Assembly (NCBI RefSeq): GCF_000010625.1
Contig: NC_010296.1
Coordinates: forward strand, 750,001 to 782,000
Reading direction: 5' to 3'
Length of the DNA: 32,000 nt
Source of the DNA: Microcystis aeruginosa NIES-843
Lineage (GTDB): Bacteria > Cyanobacteriota > Cyanobacteriia > Cyanobacteriales > Microcystaceae
Below are positions 15,966 to 25,320 of the stretch, piece after piece. Positions within the stretch are counted from its first letter, which is position 1. Every line of letters starts with the position of its first letter. The notes under the pieces were generated by a model, which was given only the letters and a program-made list of their open reading frames with translations, was not told the DNA's origin and searched no databases. The translations under genes were made by a program, and so were the position numbers.

Positions 15966-18005
15966 ATGTTAAAATTTTTTATCGATCGAGGGGGAACTTT
16001 TACCGATATAGTGGCGATAATCGATCGACCAGAAATTATTGAACGACTAGCTAGAGATGCCGCTAGATTTCTGATTGTTCCCCTTGCCGATCAACAGTGG
16101 ATTGTTCTCTATAAACTGCTCTCGGAAAATCCCGAAAAATACTCGGATGCAGTCATTCAAGGGATCAAAGATATTAGTGGTTCCCTAGATAACATCGAAG
16201 TGATTAAAATGGGAACAACGGTAGCCACCAATGCGCTGTTAGAAAGAAAAGGAGAGCGCACGGTTTTGTTAATCACCAAAGGTTTTAAAGATGCCTTGAG
16301 AATTGGCTATCAAAATCGCCCCGATATTTTTGCACGTCAAATTATTCTTCCTTCTTTATTATACGAACAAGTTATCGAAGTGGCCGAACGGTACGATCGT
16401 CAAGGACAAGAATTAATCGCCGTTAATCCCGCCCAAGTTAAAGCCGATTTAATACCAGTTTATCAAGCGGGTATCCGAAGTTGTGCGATTGTTTTTATGC
16501 ACGGTTATCGTTATCCTGACCACGAAAAACAAGTGGCAGCCATTGCCGAAGAAATCGGCTTTACTCATCTAGCCATTTCCCATCAAGTCAGTCCTTTAAT
16601 GAAACTGGTATCCCGGGGAGATACCACGGTAGTCTCTGCCTATTTATCGCCAATTTTACGCCGCTATGTTGATAGTATTAGCCAGCAATTACCGAAAACT
16701 AGCTTGTTATTTATGAAATCCGATGGCGGTTTAGTCACCGCCGATAAATTTCAGGGTAAAGATAGCATTTTATCTGGTCCTGCGGGGGGAATAGTCGGGG
16801 CAGTACAAACCAGTTTAAGGGCGGGATTTAGTAAAATTATCAGTTTTGATATGGGAGGAACTAGCACCGATGTTTCTCATTTTCAAGGGGAATACGAGCG
16901 CCAAACAGATAACGAAATTGCTGGCGTAAGAATGCGAGCGCCGATGTTAAGTATTCACACCGTGGCCGCTGGTGGGGGTTCGATTTTAGTCTATGATGGT
17001 TATCGTTTTCGGGTCGGACCAGAAAGTGCCGGAGCTAATCCGGGACCTGCCTGTTATCGACGGGGTGGACCATTAACAATTACCGATGCTAATGTTTTGT
17101 TAGGAAAAATTCAAGCTGCCTATTTTCCCGCTATTTTTGGACAAGAGGGAAATTTACCCCTAGATAGAGAGATTGTGCTGACAAAGTTTCACGAATTAGC
17201 GGCAACAATGGGGGGTAATAATAGTCCTGAACTCCTGGCTGCCGGGTTTATTCAAATTGCCGTGGAAAATATGGCTAATGCGATTAAAAAAATCTCTCTA
17301 CAAAAGGGTTATGATCTCAGTGATTATACTCTTTGTACCTTTGGCGGTGCCGGGGGTCAAGTGGCCTGTTTAATTGCCGATACTCTGGGAATGAAAAGTA
17401 TTTTTCTCCATCCCTATGCCGGGGTTTTAAGCGCCTACGGCATGGGTTTGGCCGATTTGAGGGTAATTAAAGAAAAAGCGATCGAACAGCCGTTAAATGC
17501 CGATTTAATCGGGCAGTTGCTCACGGAAATGAACGAATTAGAAGTTTTAGCGGGTCGGGAATTAGAGGATTATAATCAGGTGCGGCAGCAAGTTAGTTTA
17601 AAATATCAAGGCAGTGATGCCACTTTAGCGGTTAATTTTAGCGATCAAATGCGTCAGGATTTTGAACGGGAACATCAAAGACGTTATGGGTTTAAGCAAG
17701 AACAAAAAGCTTTAATTGTTGAGTCGATTGCCGTGGAATTGATCCAGACTATGGACAGTCCCAAAGAAGCAATTTTAACTCGCTCCCGTCCGATGGGAGA
17801 ATTACCTCCTATCCTCGATCGAGTAGCGGTTTTTATGGCTAATCAATGGCGAGAAACGCCAATTTATCAGCGTTCAGATCTGCAACCTTTTGATTGTCTC
17901 GCCGGACCCGCAATTATTATCGAAAAAATTAGCACGATTGTGATTGAACCGGGTTGGATGGCAAAATTAACGGAGAAAAATCATTTAATTCTCTCCAAAG
18001 ATTAA
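15966..18005 (+). CDS. hydantoinase/oxoprolinase family protein (HyuA-type, A subunit only)
   Basis: N-terminus FFIDRGGTFTDIVA, the FDMGGTSTDV motif, 679 aa. Confidence 0.8.
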   Translation: MLKFFIDRGGTFTDIVAIIDRPEIIERLARDAARFLIVPLADQQWIVLYKLLSENPEKYSDAVIQGIKDISGSLDNIEVIKMGTTVATNALLERKGERTVLLITKGFKDALRIGYQNRPDIFARQIILPSLLYEQVIEVAERYDRQGQELIAVNPAQVKADLIPVYQAGIRSCAIVFMHGYRYPDHEKQVAAIAEEIGFTHLAISHQVSPLMKLVSRGDTTVVSAYLSPILRRYVDSISQQLPKTSLLFMKSDGGLVTADKFQGKDSILSGPAGGIVGAVQTSLRAGFSKIISFDMGGTSTDVSHFQGEYERQTDNEIAGVRMRAPMLSIHTVAAGGGSILVYDGYRFRVGPESAGANPGPACYRRGGPLTITDANVLLGKIQAAYFPAIFGQEGNLPLDREIVLTKFHELAATMGGNNSPELLAAGFIQIAVENMANAIKKISLQKGYDLSDYTLCTFGGAGGQVACLIADTLGMKSIFLHPYAGVLSAYGMGLADLRVIKEKAIEQPLNADLIGQLLTEMNELEVLAGRELEDYNQVRQQVSLKYQGSDATLAVNFSDQMRQDFEREHQRRYGFKQEQKALIVESIAVELIQTMDSPKEAILTRSRPMGELPPILDRVAVFMANQWRETPIYQRSDLQPFDCLAGPAIIIEKISTIVIEPGWMAKLTEKNHLILSKD

Positions 18006-18007
18006 CT

Positions 18008-18200
18008 AGGGTTTGCGGCAAAAAGTTTTTCGTGGGGGTAGGGTGTGGGGTGTGGGGTGTGGGGTGTGGGGTTTTACCAGTTTTGAGGTGGCCAATTACC
18101 TAATTTTCAGGGAAAAAGTGCCTAAATTTCCCCCACTTTTTGATTTCAAAAAAGCCTAAAGATATTATCCAACAAGGTTTTTAGCTTTATTCAGTAAACC
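18008..18200 (-). mobile_element. MITE family B copy (inverted orientation)
   Basis: GGGTTTGCGGCAAAAAG..(GGGGTGT)n..TTATTCAGTAAACCC aligns end to end with 23778-23991. It begins 2 bp after the hydantoinase stop codon. Confidence 0.75.
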
Positions 18201-18206
18201 CTACAT

Positions 18207-18439
18207 AGGGTTTGCTGAAAAAGTTTTTCCTGGAGTCAGGAGTCAGGAGTCAGGAGTCAGTAGCCGGTCGTCGGTCGTTTCAGGCTTTGTTGCCCTCTTT
18301 TTTTGTACCAGTTTATGTACTATGAGGAGAATAATGCAAGGTTTTTGAATGTCCCAATCCTATTTTCTTGCACTAACATCAGATTTTAACAGGTCAAAAG
18401 CCTTATTTTCAAAGGGTTTTACCATTATTCAGCAAGTCC
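18207..18439 (-). mobile_element. MITE family B variant carrying (GGAGTCA)n and (GGTCGTC)-type tracts
   Basis: Related termini (GGGTTTGCTGAAAAAG.. / ..TTATTCAGCAAGTCC). Flanked by TACATA(G) at 18201-18206 and 18440-18446. Tandem to the previous copy. Confidence 0.65.
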
Positions 18440-18461
18440 TACATAGAAATATCTACAGCAG

Positions 18462-19082
18462 TTATCCTAATTGATCAATTCTCATTTCGCCGAGGTATTT
18501 ACGGAGATAGGGAGAAAAAACCTCGTAAATCAGGGTAAGGGGTTGGCGAGCGTGCCAAAATAGGTAATGACGACCCCAAAATGCTCCTTTTTCCCCAAAA
18601 GCTATTTCTAATTCCGGGGAATGACCGTAATAAAGTCCCTGCACATCGCGATACAATTCCGTGTGCAGCCGCGAGAGACTTTCCCAAATCGGTAGGGAAC
18701 GATTTTCCAGATATTCGTCCACTTGATTGACAGACCACCAAGAAGCGGCATAGGCTAACCTTTGACCACTAGCTGTGCGTAACCAGACTTGACGACGCAA
18801 TCTCGGCCCCGGAATCAGGCTAATTTTCATCGGTGCGCCATCCTCATCGTCGCCGATGGGGGACATATCGATCACATCCACTTCCGTTTTTTCACCCGTT
18901 AAAAGTTGTAAATGACGGGTGGGAGAACCATCGCCGAGAATTAAAATCTGCCACGGGGGTGCGAGTTGGCTATGGGGTAAACCTTGTTTAACATCGGTTT
19001 CGTCTCCTTGCCAGAGAGGGGACAGGGAGTACCAAGGACGATTAAGCAGGGGCTTTTCTTGGGGGCGGAGGATAGCAGTCAA
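18462..19082 (-). CDS. chorismate lyase-like protein (DUF98/UbiC-like)
   Basis: 206 aa. The LILGDGSPTRHLQLLTG motif resembles the UbiC/DUF98 N-terminal signature. Confidence 0.6.
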   Translation of the reverse strand: MTAILRPQEKPLLNRPWYSLSPLWQGDETDVKQGLPHSQLAPPWQILILGDGSPTRHLQLLTGEKTEVDVIDMSPIGDDEDGAPMKISLIPGPRLRRQVWLRTASGQRLAYAASWWSVNQVDEYLENRSLPIWESLSRLHTELYRDVQGLYYGHSPELEIAFGEKGAFWGRHYLFWHARQPLTLIYEVFSPYLRKYLGEMRIDQLG

Positions 19083-19230
19083 GGTTTGTTACAAAACTTT
19101 ATGATTTTTTCATTAATGATAACACGGGATTTTTGTCTGCTGGCGATAAAAGCGATCGCCTTGCTCTAATCCTCTCTAATTTTTCGGTTAGCAGATGCAC
19201 TCTTGCCACAGGAGATCGGCTATTTTGATT

Positions 19231-19527
19231 TTAACGATAGAAAGGTATCAATATCTGGAGGAATTTTTGTAATCTTCTCAGGGCAATTAATTGTCGAATC
19301 TTGGGATTAATTTGGGGGGGATAAATGCTGGTGGCTAATTGTTCTTCTAGTAAGGCATATTCTGCCGCAGTTAGGGGTTGATTATCAAGGGGCGATCGAG
19401 CCGAAGTGATAATTTCTGCTCGTAAAACTTCTTCGGGAATATCTTCAGGAGCGGGCAAAGCAAGGGCTTTCAGGGGCGATAAGAAAACGATCGAGATGAG
19501 GATGATAATTTTGGTCGTTCGCTGCAT
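19231..19527 (-). CDS. hypothetical secreted protein
   Basis: 98 aa with a signal-peptide-like N-terminus. Its start codon directly follows the GST stop (TAAATG), which suggests co-transcription. Confidence 0.45.
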   Translation of the reverse strand: MQRTTKIIILISIVFLSPLKALALPAPEDIPEEVLRAEIITSARSPLDNQPLTAAEYALLEEQLATSIYPPQINPKIRQLIALRRLQKFLQILIPFYR

Positions 19528-20223
19528 TTAATTTAAACCGGGGGGCAATTTTTCCCGACACTGTTGATGAATTTCCCCGATTCTAGCAAACAACCAGGGA
19601 TATTTTTGACGATAACTGGGAATTAGAGCCAGAGGACTGAGTAGGGCAGTGGCGGCAATATCGGCTACACTTAATTTATCCGCCACCAAATAGGGCTGAT
19701 TTTGCCAATATTCTAGAATCTTGAGGGCATTTTCTAGTCGCTCCTCCGCTAGTTTTACCCTTGCCGGGGTGATTTTATATTGTTGTCCCACGATATTAAT
19801 AATTATTTGACTACTCAGGGAAGGATCGATCGCTTTTCCCTCTCCGGCGCGATAATTATAATAGACAAATCTAGTCGCTACTCCAATACTTTCATCTAAC
19901 CAATCCTCTAGTAACCAAGCTTGATTTTTCTCCTTTTCCCCAGCGGGAATAAAAGAGGGGAAAGGAACTACTTTTTCTAAATATTTTAAAATGGCAGTAG
20001 AATCGGCAATAATCTCATCTGCTGCCATTAAAACGGGGACAGTGGTTAACCCTTTGGTTAGGGACCTGAGTTTGAGAATATGTAGTCCGGGGGTGAGATT
20101 TTCTACTTGGTAATCAATCCCCTTATAACCTAGGGCTAAACGAGCTTTGCGACAGTAATGAGATGTGCTAAATTGAAGTAAAAGCATTAAGTGTTGTTGG
20201 TTGCTATAGTAGTTATCAGTCAT
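19528..20223 (-). CDS. glutathione S-transferase family protein
   Basis: Thioredoxin-like GST N-domain (LLQFSTSHYCRKARLALGYKGIDYQ..TVPVL) and a helical C-domain. The likely true start is the internal ATG at 20187 (MLLLQF). Confidence 0.7.
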   Translation of the reverse strand: MTDNYYSNQQHLMLLLQFSTSHYCRKARLALGYKGIDYQVENLTPGLHILKLRSLTKGLTTVPVLMAADEIIADSTAILKYLEKVVPFPSFIPAGEKEKNQAWLLEDWLDESIGVATRFVYYNYRAGEGKAIDPSLSSQIIINIVGQQYKITPARVKLAEERLENALKILEYWQNQPYLVADKLSVADIAATALLSPLALIPSYRQKYPWLFARIGEIHQQCREKLPPGLN

Positions 20224-20310
20224 CAGTTATCAGTTATCAGATTTGAGTTTTAAGTTAACTGATCACTGTTTACTGATCACTGTTTACTGAATTGGCAATA
20301 GGTCTATACT

Positions 20311-21408
20311 ATGAGCAAACCCTCCCTTTTTTCGGCTGTTTCTCGTCCTTATGCGACTAATTCACAAGCAAAAGATCCTTGGTTAGCGGTCAATCTCTCG
20401 ATGTTTTTCCCCGGTTTGGGACAATGGTATGCTAACAAAAACCAAAAAGCAACCATTTTGGCAATCGCTCAAGTAATATTAATAATTGTGACAATTTGGT
20501 CAATTTTTAGCCACAATGGCCATGTAAGCTGGGGATTAGGGGGAATAGTTGCTCTGGTTATCGTTTACATTAGCAATATTTTTGACGCTCACTGGACTGT
20601 TTATTATTCCAGACAGAATAACAGCTTAGAGAAAATTCCCCGGAAACAGAAAAACCCATGGTTTGCCGTCTTCGCTAACCGGATTATACCCGGGTTAGGG
20701 CAATTGTACGCCGATAAGGTGATCTTAGGGATAATTTTTCTGACTATATCCCTGATTACCCTGAAAATAGATGATTTTTTGGACAATATCCTCTTTCTTA
20801 CCCCTTTAATTACAGCAATCGCTGTTTATCATGTTTACCACACTTTCCCCGATCAATTTCATCCCCATCGTCACACCTATCGTTCCATTTTGGCGCTGAT
20901 GGTGGCAGCAATTTTTACTTGGGGAATTATCTGTAATTATTTTCCCGATTGGTTACATCAAAGAATAGAATTTTTCGAGATTCCGAGCGAATCCATGCTG
21001 CCTACCCTCGCAGTAGGTGATCGCATTTTCGTCAGTCAATCTGGTAATTATCAAGCGAAAAGAGGCGATATAATTGTTTTTATAACTCCCGAAAAAATTA
21101 AGCAACTAGAGCCTAATTCTGGAGATTTTTTTATCAAACGAGTCATCGCTATTGCTGGGGATACCATTGAAATCCGCAGGGGTAAAGTTTATCTCAACTG
21201 GCAAGTTATCGAGGAACCCTACACCGCCGAGTTGGCCAATTATGAAATAGAATTTATGACTGTACCCCCAAAAACCCTGTTTGTTTTGGGAGATAATCGT
21301 AACCATAGTTTTGATTCCCATGCTTGGGGTTTTTTGCCGGAAAGTTATATCGTTGGTCAAGCCTATAAAGTTTACTGGCCTCTAGATCGTGTCCAGTCTT
21401 TGCTATGA
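20311..21408 (+). CDS. lepB: signal peptidase I (S26) with an extended N-terminal membrane region
   Basis: Catalytic motifs SESMLPTL, FIKRVIAIAGD and VLGDNRNHSFDSH. Confidence 0.85.
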   Translation: MSKPSLFSAVSRPYATNSQAKDPWLAVNLSMFFPGLGQWYANKNQKATILAIAQVILIIVTIWSIFSHNGHVSWGLGGIVALVIVYISNIFDAHWTVYYSRQNNSLEKIPRKQKNPWFAVFANRIIPGLGQLYADKVILGIIFLTISLITLKIDDFLDNILFLTPLITAIAVYHVYHTFPDQFHPHRHTYRSILALMVAAIFTWGIICNYFPDWLHQRIEFFEIPSESMLPTLAVGDRIFVSQSGNYQAKRGDIIVFITPEKIKQLEPNSGDFFIKRVIAIAGDTIEIRRGKVYLNWQVIEEPYTAELANYEIEFMTVPPKTLFVLGDNRNHSFDSHAWGFLPESYIVGQAYKVYWPLDRVQSLL

Positions 21409-21587
21409 TGGGGATGACTAAGCTGTTGACTATCTGAATTACTCGTTAAGACTTCATGGGAGCAGGGAGAGGGGGGTTGAGCATTTGTCCTAAAGTTTAC
21501 AATACGCAGTTTAAATGCAGTACAGCATCCCTTGAATTGTTCCTGAAAAATTACCACTGGTGCTAGATAATTAACTTCAATCTTTTC

Positions 21588-22172
21588 TTGATTAATATGC
21601 TGTTAAAATTCCCTCAAAAGCTGAAAATTAAGCAAATAATATTATTAGTATTCTGGCTAGGAATAGGGATATTTTTCTGGTGGTTATCGTGGCAATCCCC
21701 CGGGATGAGCCAAATTCAACGACCCGAAACAGTTGCTCAACAAATTTATCAAGCAATGCCAGATTTACCGAAAGAAAACAACTATACCCGTCGAGATACA
21801 GGGGCGATCGATCCGAATAATACTTTAATAAGTCGCTTTCTTCGTTATCATCAAGATACAAAAAAAAGGTTTACTCTCATCCGTTTTGATTGGCAATTAA
21901 CCCTAGGGGATTATCTAGGAGTGAACGAGAAAATCAGCGAAGAAAACTATCCCGGACAAGCAACCCTTACGGTTAACCCGATGGCTGCCGATATCAAAGC
22001 GATTAACAGTCTTAATCGTCGTCAAAGGCAGCAGTTAGTCACCCTTCTAGTCGAAATTTATAACCCCGCCATTCTCCCCCAAGAAACCCCCAATCCTAGC
22101 CCTTCTCCCAGTCCTTCTCCCCGTCGTCCATCTTTATCAAAACCGGGAGATGCCGACCTATTAAAATTCTAG
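21588..22172 (+). CDS. hypothetical membrane-anchored protein with a Pro/Ser-rich tail
   Basis: 194-aa ORF (TTG start in the track) with one N-terminal TM. No family recognised. Confidence 0.4.
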   Translation: MINMLLKFPQKLKIKQIILLVFWLGIGIFFWWLSWQSPGMSQIQRPETVAQQIYQAMPDLPKENNYTRRDTGAIDPNNTLISRFLRYHQDTKKRFTLIRFDWQLTLGDYLGVNEKISEENYPGQATLTVNPMAADIKAINSLNRRQRQQLVTLLVEIYNPAILPQETPNPSPSPSPSPRRPSLSKPGDADLLKF

Positions 22173-22178
22173 AAAATT

Positions 22179-22547
22179 ATGGAAAAAATTCTCAAATATG
22201 GTTCAGGTTGGCGACTCGGTTGGGATCCTAAGGCAGCCATTTATAAAGGATTAATTGGTGGCGATGATTGGGCGATCGAATTGACCGAGGCCGAGTGGCA
22301 AGATTTGCGTCGGTTACTATCACAATTGACCGCAACTATGGCGGCCATGGCCACAGAATTAATGGATGAAGAAAGTATTGCTTGTGAAGCGGAAAGCGAG
22401 CTTTTATGGTTAGAAGCGGCAGGATTTCCCGATAATTATTCCCTGCGATTTATTCTCTATCAAGGTCGCGGTTGTGAGGGCAATTGGTCGGCCACTGCCC
22501 TGCCAGAGTTGCTCGCCGCTTGGGACAATTTGCTTTACAATTTTTAA
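22179..22547 (+). CDS. conserved hypothetical protein
   Basis: 122-aa ORF starting 7 bp after the previous gene. No function recognised. Confidence 0.45.
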   Translation: MEKILKYGSGWRLGWDPKAAIYKGLIGGDDWAIELTEAEWQDLRRLLSQLTATMAAMATELMDEESIACEAESELLWLEAAGFPDNYSLRFILYQGRGCEGNWSATALPELLAAWDNLLYNF

Positions 22548-22612
22548 GAAAGCGGTGGGCATAAGTTAATTTTTGTCTCCCCCTCTTGACTTTTTGATTC
22601 CCCTGTGCTGCT

Positions 22613-23683
22613 ATGCTTGCCCATCCGAGGACGAAGACCGATAATCTCACCTACACTCCGCCCCCATTGCTGAAAAACGGTTTTGCCATGACTCTCTATG
22701 TGTCCCTAAAAGCGCGAGAAACCTGGCAAAATACGATCGCTATTCCCGAACCAGTCTATCAAGAAACCATTTTCACCGGGGCCAATGCCGTCCCTATCTA
22801 CGGGATTGTTTCCATTCCCCCGCAAGCGAAAGGAACAATTATCGGCACCTACGGCATCACGGGAGACTTAGATAATCAATGGTTTTTAAGAATTTTAGGC
22901 AGAAAAGCCGTAGCAAGAAACTACGCAGTCGTCCTCTTCGATTGGCGGGCCCACGGTAAGACAGCCGAATTATCCCCGACTCTCACCTCCGATGGCATCT
23001 ATGAAGGGCTAGATTTCCTTCATATTGCCGCCCAAGCCCAAAAAATGGGCTGTCCTGCTCCTTTTTGGTTCACGGGTTACTCTCTGGGGGGACAATTGGC
23101 CCTCTGGGGAATTAAATCGGCAGAGAATCAGGAAGATATGGGGATCGATCCCGTCGATATCGGTGGTGGTGCGGTAATTTGTCCTAATTTAGACTCTAAT
23201 CGTTCTTTATCCTATCTCGTCCGGGATCCCTGGGGGAAACATTTGGAAAAAGCGATCGCCAGGGAATTACGCAAGTTAGCCAAACGCATCCATCAAGCTC
23301 ATCCCGATCATATCGATCCCGAAGCAATTACTCGCGCCACCACGATTGCCGGATTCGATCGAGAATTAGTGATTAAAAAGCTAGGATTTGAGACAGTTTT
23401 TGACTATTATGCCGCTAGTAGTCCCTTGCCCTTTCAACCCTATTTAACTAAACCCACTTTTATCCTCTACGCAGCCGATGATCCCCTCTTTTCCCCCGCA
23501 GTTATTCCCGATCTGCAAGCAGCGATCGCCGATAATCCCCACGTGGATCTACTCTTAACCAACTATGGCGGTCATGTGGGTTATATCAGCAGTTTATCCT
23601 GTCAGCGTCAGTGGGGCGATAGCGATCGCTGGTGGGCATGGAATCGGGTTTTAGACTGGTTTGACCAAAAAACTGGCAAATAA
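22613..23683 (+). CDS. alpha/beta-fold hydrolase (YheT-like)
   Basis: Nucleophile elbow GYSLGG and distal D/H-containing motifs (AADDP.., GGHVGY). 356 aa. Confidence 0.75.
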   Translation: MLAHPRTKTDNLTYTPPPLLKNGFAMTLYVSLKARETWQNTIAIPEPVYQETIFTGANAVPIYGIVSIPPQAKGTIIGTYGITGDLDNQWFLRILGRKAVARNYAVVLFDWRAHGKTAELSPTLTSDGIYEGLDFLHIAAQAQKMGCPAPFWFTGYSLGGQLALWGIKSAENQEDMGIDPVDIGGGAVICPNLDSNRSLSYLVRDPWGKHLEKAIARELRKLAKRIHQAHPDHIDPEAITRATTIAGFDRELVIKKLGFETVFDYYAASSPLPFQPYLTKPTFILYAADDPLFSPAVIPDLQAAIADNPHVDLLLTNYGGHVGYISSLSCQRQWGDSDRWWAWNRVLDWFDQKTGK

Positions 23684-23777
23684 TCCTAAATCCGTTGAGT
23701 ATAGGTTACATATCACGATAGGCACTCATGCAAGAGGGGGAATAAATAATCAGTTTTTAATAACCAGATTTAGTATA

Positions 23778-23991
23778 GGGTTGGCTGAATAAATCTAAAA
23801 ACCTTGTTGTATAAGACTTTTAGACTTTTTTCCCATCAAAAAGTGCCAGACATTGGGGTGATCGGGGGGGAAATTTAGGCACTTTTTCCCTGAAAATTAG
23901 GTAATTGACCCCCTGAAAATGGGTAAAACCCCACACCCCACACCCCACACCCCACACCCTGCCCCCACGAAAAACTTTTTGCCGCAAACCC
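23778..23991 (+). mobile_element. MITE family B, complete copy
   Basis: Termini GGGTTGGCTGAATAAA.. / ..TTTTTGCCGCAAACCC, an internal (CCCCACA)n tract and no ORF. 7-bp direct repeat TAGTATA at 23771-23777 and 23992-23998. Confidence 0.8.
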
Positions 23992-24002
23992 TAGTATAGT
24001 TT

Positions 24003-24998
24003 CTAGGAGTCAAAGGCCACTAGAAACTCCTCCACCTGTTCCCGAGTCGGTTGGGAGGCGATCGCTCCTGCCCCCCTTGTCACCATTGTCCCCACCGCAC
24101 AGGCATAAATCACCGCCTTACGGGCTAAATCGGCATTTTCCCCAATTTGATCGCCTCCAAGACCGGCAAGAGCCAAAAAACCCGCCACAAAGCCATCTCC
24201 TGCCCCAGTTGTATCCACCACCTCCCCGGGAAAAGCCTCGACAGTGCCGCTATTTTTGCCTAAATGATATTTACAACCTTTTGCGCCGCCAGTAACCAGA
24301 ATTGCCCCTAAATTGGGGTATTGTGATGATATTTCTCCGGGGGTATCAGTGCCAAATAACCATGCGGCTTCTTCCTCGCTACATTTGAGCAAATCGGCCC
24401 GGAAGATAAAATCTCGAATCCGATCGGGAGCGGCCTCAAGATTAGGCCAAAAAACCGGCCGCCAGTTGATATCGATCAATACTTTCACCCCGTAAATTTT
24501 AGCTAATTCGAGGGCGCGCATCATCGCCGCTCTCGCCGGGGGATAGGCTAACCCTAGGGTTCCCATCACTAGATAATCGGCATTTTTAAACAGATTTTCG
24601 GGCAATAGGTCAGCGTTAAGGGCAGTATCGGCAAAATCCGTCGTTTTAATGCCGCCAAAACCCGCAAAATGTCTGTCCCCCCCAGCATCGCGGGTGACAT
24701 AAACTTGTCGGGTGGGTAGGGTGGCATGATACTGTACACCCGTGGTATCGACTCCAAGAGCGTCTAGCAAGGCGATTAACTGTTCTCCGGGTTGATCTTT
24801 GCCCACGCAACCGATAAAAGCCGAATTTATGCCCAATTTTCGCAATCCACAGGCCACGTTTGCCGGCGCCCCCCCGGTATAGGTTGTCCAAGAAGTCACT
24901 TGCTCTATAGCGCGATCGCTTTGATCGGCAATTAGATCAGAGAGGATTTCCCCTAAACAAATGACAGACACTGGCGAAGATCTTTGATTGTTAAGCAT
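24003..24998 (-). CDS. PfkB-family carbohydrate kinase (fructokinase-like)
   Basis: Motifs GGAPANVA and the C-terminal DTTGAGDGF. Start placed at ATG 24998 (MLNNQRS..). The track ORF runs on to 25163 only by translating the heptamer repeats. Confidence 0.8.
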   Translation of the reverse strand: MLNNQRSSPVSVICLGEILSDLIADQSDRAIEQVTSWTTYTGGAPANVACGLRKLGINSAFIGCVGKDQPGEQLIALLDALGVDTTGVQYHATLPTRQVYVTRDAGGDRHFAGFGGIKTTDFADTALNADLLPENLFKNADYLVMGTLGLAYPPARAAMMRALELAKIYGVKVLIDINWRPVFWPNLEAAPDRIRDFIFRADLLKCSEEEAAWLFGTDTPGEISSQYPNLGAILVTGGAKGCKYHLGKNSGTVEAFPGEVVDTTGAGDGFVAGFLALAGLGGDQIGENADLARKAVIYACAVGTMVTRGAGAIASQPTREQVEEFLVAFDS

Positions 24999-25000
24999 TG

Positions 25001-25153
25001 GTGTGGGAAGTGGGGTGTGGGGTGTGGGGTGTGGGAAGTGGGAAGTGGGAAGTGGGGTGTGGGGTGTGGGGTGTGGGGTGTGGGGTGTGGGGTGTGGGGT
25101 GTGGGAAGAATAAATAAAAATAATCTCCTGACGACCGACGACCGACGACCGAC
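25001..25153. repeat. heptanucleotide tandem repeats (GGGGTGT / GGGAAGT, then ACGACCG)
   Basis: Counted by eye: 25005-25108 holds 10 GGGGTGT and 5 GGGAAG(T) units. 25131-25153 holds (ACGACCG)x3. Confidence 0.9.
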
Positions 25154-25320
25154 TCCCGATCACTGATTAATAACTTGTCAAGAAATCACGATAAATCAAC
25201 TAGAGATTATCTGAGGCATTGAGTATAATCAAACACATAGATTAGGGGAAATTGCTCATAAATCAGTCCGATCGAGCGTGAATCCTCTTTTATTTTTTAG
25301 TCGTAGACTAAGGAAATATC

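Noticed and set aside
18003-18010. Possibility that the hydantoinase/oxoprolinase gene was truncated by the MITE, since no HyuB part is present
   Set aside because: The ORF ends at its own TAA 2 bp before the MITE. No HyuB-like coding remnant follows the two MITEs before the next gene, so separate A and B genes elsewhere is the simpler explanation.
24999-25163. 55-aa N-terminal extension of the PfkB kinase ORF (HTPHPTPHTP...)
   Set aside because: It is simply the translation of the heptamer repeats. The kinase homology begins right after the internal ATG at 24998.
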